20,000 bases of DNA from Perkinsus olseni (Eukaryota), in the NCBI GenBank assembly GCA_013115125.1, contig JABANN010000078.1, positions 59,196 to 79,195 of the forward strand. The letters run 5' to 3'. The notes beneath the pieces are model-generated. The model did not search any database and was not told the origin of the DNA. It saw nothing but the letters and a program-made list of their open reading frames with translations. Position 1 is the first letter of the stretch; every line of letters starts with the position of its first letter. The translations under genes were made by a program, and so were the position numbers. Of this stretch, positions 11,436 to 20,000 are shown in pieces.

Positions 11436-12359
11436 TAGAGAGGACAAAGGCAATTGTCGCTCTGAGCTCCTTTCAATTGGTCGATCAGCATTCGCCTTTC
11501 GACCGTGGATTGGGCAAGCACACTCTGTACGAACACTATGTGGTCGGGATAGTTTCAAACTCCGCTCACAAGGTCTAGTGGGGCACCTAGAGGCATTTCC
11601 ACGCGTACGCCCCAACAGAAGTGTCTATCTCCAGAAAGGTCGCCTAAATTTTGGTATAGTCGAGAGCAGTGCATTCAATCTCAAGCCAGCCGTTGTTTAT
11701 CTCCGTAACCCTTTCATGCAAGGTTGATAGGAAGGCAAGGCGCAGCTGAAGGCTGCGTGGTGTCAGACTATCGACCGGTCAAAACCCACAGAAATCAGTA
11801 CGCTTGGGGACAGTCTCCCCGAACTGTGCGCGGGGGAGCACAATCGTGGCAACTCTCACCGCGCGCGCCCAGTGCTTATTACTACGAAACGCTCGGGCCG
11901 GTGATACACGCTATCGTTAGTGGCTGTTGCTTCTCCGTTGTTGCTCATAGTCAACGCAAGACGAAGGATTGTAGAGTCTTCTATCTGGATCTATAGAGAT
12001 TCGGGGGGCGGGAGTATTAGCTATGCACGCATGCACAAGATGATTGGCGCGCAATGAGTAACAGTGGCGCCTTCTCAGCAACGATTACTCGGCGCCCGAT
12101 TTTCCCCATCCCGCACCCGCCCGGGATACTTCTCTTCGCATGTCCTCGCTTCGCTCGAAGACGCTCCGAGAAACTGCCAAACTGTGACCGGTACCGCCGG
12201 TCAGCAGCAGGGAGTTGTGACCGTCGAGTACTCGGAGCCGCCGTCGCTTATTATGTGTCACGTGCAGACCATGCGGCACGCAAGCAAAACGGCCTGAGCG
12301 GCTCTGACTGTACTCGGCAGTCCGCTGGCAGAAAGGTGAACCGTTCCTTCTGGGGCCTA

Positions 12360-12616
12360 TTCAAGTGCCCCTTTTTCCGAGGCCGAGTAGTCGGAAGGGC
12401 GTCCCTTCCGAACTCGGGATGGAATAATGCATTCAAGTGAATTTCCGGGTTGAGTGCTCGGTCCGAGCGCTCAGCGAAACTTTTCCGAATCCGAGTTGTG
12501 CTTTCACGAGCTGTAAATCCGAGGTCTACATTCAAGTGCGGCTTATGGGATCAGATTCCGAGGAAAAATTTTCCGCCAAGAAACGGGTACTGATTCCGAG
12601 CCCCTGCAATTCCGAG
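12360..12616 (+). repeat. Left subterminal motif array of the MITE (TTCAAGTG x3, TCCGAG x7 plus variants)
   Basis: TTCAAGTG at 12360, 12432, 12531; TCCGAG at about 12376, 12462, 12490, 12518, 12557, 12595, 12611. Confidence 0.85.
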
Positions 12617-12854
12617 TGAACACTACACCCCTTACGAAAGTACCATACCACACATATCACACTACAGCAGCCAACACTCAAACATGCTGACAGTTTGCCG
12701 TCCACTAATAGACCCATTTAGCACATCTGAAAGATCAATATGACTATCGCATCTTCGAGGTGCGCATCCCACAGCGTATCTTGAAAGTTGTGCTGCGCAT
12801 ATCCACGAAACGCACAATTGTCAATTTCCCGAGTGAGAGGTTTGTCCCGGGTTT

Positions 12855-13049
12855 TTCCCGAGCTCGGGAAGTTTATGTGGAGGTGCACTTGAACAGTTGG
12901 AATTGTGACCCGTACTCGGAAATCGAAGGTAATACCCGTAAAGTTAGCTCAAGCACTTGAATGGGTGATGTCTCGGAAAATTACTCCTCGGACTCGGGGC
13001 CTGGTAAATTTCCCTCGGACTCGGAACCCGGGAACGAAAAGCACTTGAA
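12855..13049 (-). repeat. Right subterminal motif array of the MITE (inverted copies) with a 16-bp palindrome
   Basis: GCACTTGAA at 12885, 12953, 13041; CTCGGA at 12915, 12972, 12987, 13014, 13020; palindrome TTCCCGAGCTCGGGAA at 12855-12870. Confidence 0.85.
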
Positions 13050-13304
13050 TAGGCCCCTGGAGTCCACAGTGTGGACCACAGAAGCCACCAGCTCGAATCG
13101 TCAGGGGGGGTGTCCGGCCCAGTCATTGGCCAGCGACATCACCATCCGTAACGGGTGCGCGGACAAAATTGAGGAATCTCAAGGAAAAGCAAGGCCGCAA
13201 GAGCAGTAATTTTGGAGCCGAAAATAGCGGTTGAGCGAGGCTCCAGTTTTCGTGTTCCTTCACTGAGGAGTACGACCACCCACAGTACTTCGTAACAGAA
13301 CTCA

Positions 13305-15775
13305 ATGGCGCTCGCTGTGATGTCTGCACCAGGGGCTGCGGCAGCTGGCCTTGACAACAACACCTCCGGCAACCTGTTGTGGATGGTAGGTGTCAAATGC
13401 ACTTCGACTCAAATCAATCACTCAACCGAACGAGGGACGCGGTAATAGAATAAGTATCGTAGCGTCGATTGTGTCTGACTACTTTCACCTCACGCAACCG
13501 TCTGCTCAACATTGTAAACCCCTTGAAGACAAAACCGGCCATGATCACCCTAGACTCTATAGTAGCGAGTCAATACACGAACCAGTCCTGCTCAGGCGAC
13601 TAAAGAGCTGTTCAGACGAGGTGAATTTATTTGTGCTGTGTTTGACACGGGAAAGACCTACGCGGGAGAAATGACGGCCGCTTCCCGGAACATTGAAGAT
13701 GGTCGGGGTAAGTATACTGAGACCCTGCAGTGCCCGATCGCCGGTATCCTGTGTCGTGGCTGGGACCTGGCCGCAGTGCCACTATTGCTTTACATTAATA
13801 TCTCTTTCGTCTTGTATACGGTTGAAGGGCTCTGTCCAACCGCTTGGGAAACTAAATTTGACCGTTATAACCACCACCCTTGAACTACTGATTAACTTGA
13901 TGCTCTGTCCACCACTCAATTTGACGTCAGCGATAGCCGAAAAATCATGATTGCGGAACTGATATTCGTGGAAGAGGCGTACGTGAATGTGACTTCTACC
14001 GTTGTTTCACTTTCAAGGTTCCACGGACGACGCCCTTGGTCGAGAGTTGGGCAAGATACGGTTCTCCTTGTTTTCCGTTGACACGAGCGACGTGTACAGC
14101 CTAGACTACTCCTATGGAGAGTTCGAGCAGCTCTTCCGATTCAATGCTGAGTTGATGAATCCGAACAAGAAGAGCGAAAGGTGTCCTCTTCACCCACCAG
14201 TCGCGCGAAGATCCCTGTGGCCACGGTAGGTTCTACTGGGTCCTGAGGCGACTGGACCTAGTGCCCGACGGAAGTGGGGGGCTACGACTAGCCCTGCAAT
14301 CAGCAGAGACAAGCGAACGACCTCGACTTGTCGTATCTAGCGAGAACAAGGTGCGCAGCTCCATCGTGTGGAGGAAGCCGATAACGTTCGAATGTCAGCA
14401 TAATATACCCATAGGGAAGCTGAACTACCTTGGAAGGGCGAAGCTCAGAGAATCCATGGTGGAATTGGATAAAAAAAGAACGGCGTTGATCGACCAGAAG
14501 GACCAAGAAAGAAGGCTGAAATTTTTGGCTAGAGTAGGGCGATGGCGACTGCCGGTACATCTAGCTATGACTAGTGTAGATCGCTGAGGAGCGGAGGGCC
14601 GCTGAGGGGGCTGCACGAGTCCGAGAGAGGAAGGTTAGAGAAGAACGAGATGAGAAGAGGGCCCAGCAACTACGGTAACGCATGACTCCCATTCCGTTGA
14701 AGAGGCGCCGTTGGTAGGGAGCGGCATCAAGCGATCCAGCGCGAAGAGCAGCGGAAAGAGAAGGAGGCCACGAGGAGTGCTAATATAGCTGTGTTGAAGG
14801 CGCAGAGAGAAGCCAATGAGAAAAACATTATAAGTGTAGCCTTCACCGAGGTCTCTTATCGGACGATAACCATTGGGGCTAGGAGTTCCCCGTTATTCGG
14901 GTGTGTGCCGGGCCTTCCTCAGAGGCGCTCTGCCTTGCCCATTTCTTAACAACTTTTCCTAGGGCTCACTGCTGAGCTCATTGTAAGAGCGTGAGAGTAG
15001 AGGTAGCTTTAGTTGGTGTAGTTATCCTGGTGGGAAAAGTAGAGGCAATAACCAGACTGAAGTCGCTTGTCGTAGCGGCAGCCCGCTCGTCAGGCCGTTT
15101 TCGAGAGGCAACGGAGAGCCGCTGAAAAGAAAAAGGAAAAAGAAAAGGAAATTGAACGACGGACTGAAGAGAGAATAGAGAGAGAACGAGCAGAGAGGCA
15201 GCAGTACGAGGAGCACATGCGGCTTATCGAGGGCCGGCGACAGACGGTAGGTGTGAACTTGGGGGTCCAGGAGCGACCATGGGGAGAGACCCCCAGACTT
15301 GATCGTGCTCAGCGGACCGTTTGTCTTCATTTGGAGTCCCCTTCGAGGGTAGCCGTGTGAGTCTTGGTATGTGCGAAGAAGGCGACCGGTAGAATTTCGA
15401 GAGAATTTCTTCGACCCTGTTGGTCTTGCTGCAAGGAGGCAGGAGCCTGGATCCCCTGAACGTCTTATTATTCGCAGGCTTAGTTGCACGCCATCAGAGT
15501 TGTCTGAGTTCCCTGGAACCCTCTAAACGTCAGGCATGGCGGCAACGAGAACAGCGATTCAAGGATCGTGCGGCAGCTCAGAACATGGAACGCCAACGCG
15601 GCCTGGATAATAAATTCATCAGAGACAAACTCTTGCATGAGCGGAAAATCGAGGCAGTGGCGGGCTTGAACGAAGCGAGGAAGAAGTAGTCATCCTGTAG
15701 CGACGCCCTGCTGCTCACACTGAGCTCCTCCTCAGAGTTTACGAAGACTACGTGAATGAAAAGAAGCTGCTGTGA
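13305..15775 (+). CDS. Multi-exon protein: N-terminal globular domain plus long charged coiled-coil tail (paralogue A)
   Basis: Exons 13305-13385, 13596-13707, 14018-14180 and 14230 onward splice in phase: MALAVMSAPG...LLWM|ATKELFRRGEFICAVFDTGKTYAGEM...DGR|GSTDDALGRELGKIRFSLFSVDTSDVYSLDYSYGEFEQLFRFNAELMNPNKKSER|FYWVLRRLDL... then E/R/K-rich exons ending ...NEARKK|VYEDYVNEKKLL* (TGA 15773-15775). Confidence 0.8.
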
Positions 15776-16176
15776 GAAAGGTTGCTCTCATGCTGCGTCA
15801 TGTTGCTCAGCTCAGGTCGGGAGGCAAAGAAGGAAACGAGGGTGATGTCGAAGTGGCTGCAGCCTAATCCTTGTCATGTCTTCCGCGTGTTGCCAGGGTC
15901 GCGTCTCTTGTTGTCAATGAACAGTCGACCTTGAGGTTGCTATTCCCTCGCGGAGTTCAGAATAATGTAGATCCTGGTCGAGGAATGCTGAGAGGCGCCA
16001 CGCGCGAGCTCCCACTGGAGTGCAACCCATACAGGGTCTCTTGCGTGAAGTTTGGGAGTAGTCAAAGCCCTGTCAAGTCTACTCTGACACCAGCCCTTGA
16101 TAACTACTGGAGTGCTAGCTCTCCTCCTCCCTGAATCGAGCTCGGTGTGCGAGGTATTGATAACGGTTGTGTTACC

Positions 16177-18014
16177 ATGTCCCCCTCCTCATCACCATCC
16201 GACAGCGGACTGTCCAGTGAATCCTCGGCGGCTCAGACAGACGCGTTCGGATGGCCCGTATGGCAGGTGAACAACGGCCGTGTTGGAGACCGACTGGTTG
16301 TATGCACATCGCCCCAGTCCTGCCGTCTCTCATCCGCTGTTCAACTGTCATTAGCGACTCAGCTTACATGCCGTGTAGCTTCTTGTTGGAACAAGACAAG
16401 AACAGCGGTATAAACTCTACGGCAGGACCTGTTTTCCGTCTCCTAGAGCCCTGCAGAATGATACTCTCTCGGTGCCTTCCCGGTCCTTAGCGGCTGTCCC
16501 CTTCTCCTCAGGGAACTCGGTCGTTCAAGGAGCACGGCAAGTGCTCAGTAGTCGTGTACGATACCGGTCGAACCGAGGCTGGTGAAGTGATACCGAGTGG
16601 AGACGACGGTGAGAAGGATCGGACGTTAATTCGGAGTGGAACTTCCGACCTGTTCAGATGCGGCCTCCGATCTGCAGAAGTTCCGAGTCGGTCTCACAGT
16701 GAAAGGAACAAACAAAAAGGCCTGGCTGGAGTTGCCCTACGACGACTTCGACCAGCTATTTACAGAAGATGACGAGTTGGCAGGGGAAGCGACCGACTCG
16801 AAGGGAAGGTACCGCCTGTTCCCGAGCTAGCTAGCTGGACGTAGGCAACATGGTGCTAGGTTCGACTGGCTGGTGCGGAGGCTCTCCCTGACCGTGGACG
16901 CGGTCGACGACCTGGTTCTGACCATCAGTAACGAGCCCTCTCCGTCGGTGGAGACTTGTTCAGATGATAATGGCGAAGACGGAGAAGATGTGCTTCTTCG
17001 CTCAAGCGTGCTGCTTCCACGAACTGTATGCTTTAGTCCAAAGCGGAACAGAAGGAAAGCAAAAGCCGACTCAGAATTGAACAGTTAGAGAAGCAAGCTA
17101 AACGGACCAAGTTAGAGGCGAAACGGCGAGCTAAGATCGCAGAAATCGAGAAGTACTTCACCAACTCAGCGGTGCCGAGTAGCGGCTTTTCTGGCAGGAT
17201 TCGGTATGAGAGAGAAGCGGAGGCTGCGGCAAAGGTCAGAGCCGAAGCTGCTCGCTATACTGAGGAAACTCAACGGCGAATGATCGAGCTGAAGAGGGAA
17301 CGGGTGGGTTGGTTCCAATAGCGAGCGCGGCTTGCCACGGTCGTGCTTTTGTAGGATATCAGAATGGCCGCAGCGAAAGAAGAGGAAGCTCGGAGGAAAT
17401 TCGAGGCGATGAAGTTGGACAAGATTCGCCAAGACAACATCAAGCGTCGTGAACTCCGCTCAGTGATGGACCTGATGTGACCCTGATTACGCGAAGCGTT
17501 GAGTTCCGCTCCAGTTAAGCGATCACCCTCTGGGCATCAACAAGAGATGCTTGTTCTCGGGAGCCACCCCTTCAGCTCTGATGCCCAACACCCGTTATTG
17601 GTCGACCCACTATGAGACACGGGAAAAGAGCGCCACGCCTCAGTGAGCACGACTGCGATCCGTCGAGCAGCTTTAACTTCATCTCGGCAATTGCACGCAA
17701 CACGACTCCATGCACTGATGAAGTTATTCTTATTCCGTGAATACACAACAGAGTATCGAAGCAGAGCGGAAGCGCTCCGAATTGGATCGCTTCATCGCTC
17801 GGTAGAATCCCAACTGCTCCGTGAAAGAGCGATCAAGGAGATGAGCGGGAGAATCCTTCCCGACTAGGAGAGTGATTATGGGGCAAGCCGATGAACGGCA
17901 AGTCTTTGGCTCCAACCGTGGTCTGCTTCCACCCGACACCAGAGAGCTTTCAGCAGAGAAATGAGAGAGAAAAAAGTGCAGCGGCAGGACATCACTACTG
18001 TAGAGGCAGTCTAG
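16177..18014 (+). CDS. Tandem paralogue B of the 13305-15775 gene
   Basis: Exons 16177-16266, 16512-16608, 16658-16808 and 16860 onward: MSPSSSPS...PVWQ|GTRSFKEHGKCSVVVYDTGRTEAGEVIPSGDD|DAASDLQKFRVGLTVKGTNKKAWLELPYDDFDQLFTEDDELAGEATDSKGR|FDWLVRRLSL... then coiled-coil exons. Probable end ...DERQ|RAFSREMREKKVQRQDITTVEAV*. The 3' exons are less certain. Confidence 0.75.
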
Positions 18015-18432
18015 GTGAACTGGTTCAGAATGAAGTCGTTAAGAAAAAACGAAGCGTCGTGAGATCCCCTCGTCGCTAGTCTTGTTGTAACGACAATTGG
18101 GGGTGTTTGCTTCGCTCTGTCGGGAGTAATCGCCGCTTTGGAGGGGCCCCGAGGAGGAATCCTCGAGGGATTTGATCAGAGTTGGTTCGAGTTTGTTACA
18201 TTCCTTCCAGCAAGCACCGACTTCGAGTTTGACCAGTTAACTCCCCGGGAACTCAACAATCTGGTCATCGCTGCGATCACATCATACAACAAGGCGATGG
18301 AATTATCATTAACATCCGGCATTTGGTATTGAAAGAACAGCAAGACTTGCCAAGACATCCTGATCATTGAGGAAAGGAAGAAGACCGGTGAGCCCAAAGG
18401 AGAGTCCCCAGAATAGACACTCACCTATCTGA

Positions 18433-19827
18433 TCACGAAGACTTCATCTTTTTCCTGCTTCCTGTCCTTCCAACTTCGTCGTCGCGCCCTCGTGACCGCT
18501 TTACTCTTTGGTTCAAGCTCCCGGCTTCATCGAGTTCATACTCCCTGTAGATTTCATCAAAACTTTGTGCAGGAGGCGCGTCTTTCAAGGGAATCACCAA
18601 GTCTGGATTTTCCGTCATGTATTGTCTGCCAAGTCTCAGCTGTGCAACTGCCCTTCTCTTCCGCATCTCACAAAAGGTGATGGACTCCAGGTCGAAATTC
18701 TTGATGCCGAAAGCAAGCCCAGCTTCATTGAGAGAAGCGCTAACCTGCGCTCGATCCGTGGCATTGGTGAGCTCTGCGAACACGAAGCAACCGTCGTCGG
18801 GCTGTCCCTTCGGCACGAGGAGCATCTCGGGCAGAGCGAGCACGTCGTAAGCCGGCGGGCCCCCCCCAAGAGAAGTACTCGAATTCAAGGAGATGTGGTG
18901 GTATTCTCCTAGAAAGGGCAGCCAAGGAGAGCTCACCGTACAATTCGGACTCAGAGCTAGTGCGACCAGAGGACACACGGAGGTTCACCAGTTCGATGCC
19001 CTTGATCAGGATGCTGTTGACGTAGACCCGCGATGAGGGAATCCGAGCATTGCTGGTCAACGGAGCTTTGCGGCGCTCCTCAACCGTCGAGGAACGAGCG
19101 AGAGTGGAACCTCTGTGCCCAACCTGTCTCGGAGGAGGACGCTTGTTATCAACAATCATTGGTAGAGGAGCCCTTGGTTCGGTCACAACTGTTGAGAGGC
19201 CGGGTGACAGCGGCTCCACCTTCACCGAAGCTTGTTGATCACGCGCCCCGCTCTCAACTCTTCTCTCCATCAGCACCGGATACTGTAGGAGCCTACGGTT
19301 ACCCTTTGGGCTCTTCTGAAGGAATAAATACCATTTTCCCGAAACTCTACACATACTCAGCTGGTCCCCGTAGCGGGCTTGTCTCAGGGGGGACCAATCG
19401 TGAAGTCTTCATAGACCTCCTTCAGTTTTTTCTTAACCACATTTCCTATAGCAAGAGGGCGGTAACACTTCTCGAACCTCGTGAATAGACTACCGCCTAT
19501 TTCAGCGGCATAGTGGCGAGCATAAGCCACAGGTTCTCATCGTATCAATTCTCCGAGGCTTATGCAAGTACTGGCCACAACTCCTGGTCGCTCTGCTGTT
19601 ATACCGCTGAATGTCATGTTACTGTACGGCGGACCTAGATGCTTGATCGTCATTTTGACGCCTTCGAGGCTTCCAATTCGGTCTGCTGCGTTCACCCAGC
19701 CCTCGTAGTGGCCCGGTTCGATATCTGATACTTCTTGCTTCCTCGATGAACGGCCCTCAACTACTAGCCTCGAGAGATACTTCAGGATGAGAATTGCCGA
19801 GAAAAACGCTCGACCACTGACTAACAT
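18433..19827 (-). CDS. Putative secreted two-domain lineage-specific protein with an apparent frameshift at a G6 run (assembly error or pseudogene)
   Basis: ATG 19827 MLVSGRAFFSAILILKYLSRLVVEG (signal-like). Domain 1 IEPGHYEGW...FEKCYRP...LSMCRVSGKWYLFL, Pro-rich linker, domain 2 IPSSRVYVNS...GCFVF...SITFCEM. Basic tail KRSRGRDDEVGRTGSRKKMKSS*. Joins listed ORFs 19537-19959, 18740-19354 and 18433-18978. The frame breaks at 19387-19392. Confidence 0.65.
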
Positions 19828-20000
19828 TGAAGGGAAACCACGTAAACTGGTGAATAGGCTCCTCATTCTGGCCTTCAGGCGAAGACCTACTCCCCTCAAC
19901 TTGATCAGTGCCCTTGCTTCGCAGACGATGCAAATCCTGCTCCGATGCACACGACCCACCCTAAACTCGTCGAACTCGACTCGTCCCGCCCTGCCGATGA

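Larger units (their letters stand above)
12353..13056. mobile_element. Non-autonomous DNA transposon (MITE), probable PIF/Harbinger type, 704 bp
   Basis: Perfect 16-bp TIRs GGGCCTATTCAAGTGC (12353-12368) and GCACTTGAATAGGCCC (13041-13056), flanked by a CTG direct repeat (12350-12352, 13057-13059). Mirrored subterminal TTCAAGTG and TCCGAG arrays. No transposase ORF. Confidence 0.85.

Noticed and set aside
12353..13056. Spaced short repeats as a CRISPR-like array, and short ORFs inside the element
   Set aside because: Repeats are only 6-9 bp, irregularly spaced and inverted between arms; no cas genes; ORFs lack transposase motifs.
15022..15489. 155-aa minus-strand ORF with an F/L/S-rich pseudo-TM stretch
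   Set aside because: Antisense of the purine-rich E/K/R exons of paralogue A.
18138..18424. Short ORFs on both strands between convergent genes
   Set aside because: No recognisable motif or linkable splice model; probably UTR or intergenic.
19955..20000. Minus-strand peptide IGRAGRVEFDEFR, resembling helicase motif VI or a degenerate EF-hand
   Set aside because: Too short and cut by the window edge; possibly an exon of an upstream gene but not assignable.

Overview
Eukaryotic, gene-dense, intron-rich DNA of roughly balanced GC. The ORF track is fragmented because the real genes are split by many short (about 44-60 nt) GT-AG introns plus some of 100-700 nt. Intron style and protein types suggest an alveolate protist such as Perkinsus; this is inference, with no marker gene in the window. 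Manual splicing gives about nine genes: an orphan type-I membrane protein (+, <1-2305); an intronless small secreted protein (+, 3103-3483); a weakly supported multi-exon gene (-, ~3516-5310); a coiled-coil protein (-, ~5440-6905); a GPALPP1/DUF3752-like protein (-, 7109-10055); a triple CCCH zinc-finger protein (-, 10519-11435); two tandem, highly diverged paralogues with shared intron positions (+, 13305-15775 and 16177-~18014); and a secreted two-domain protein with an apparent homopolymer frameshift (-, 18433-19827). The clearest non-genic structure is a 704-bp non-autonomous DNA transposon (12353-13056) with perfect 16-bp TIRs, a CTG target-site duplication and mirrored subterminal motif arrays, consistent with a PIF/Harbinger MITE. 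I saw no rRNA, tRNA, CRISPR or prokaryotic-type system. All exon models are hand-derived and need RNA-seq.
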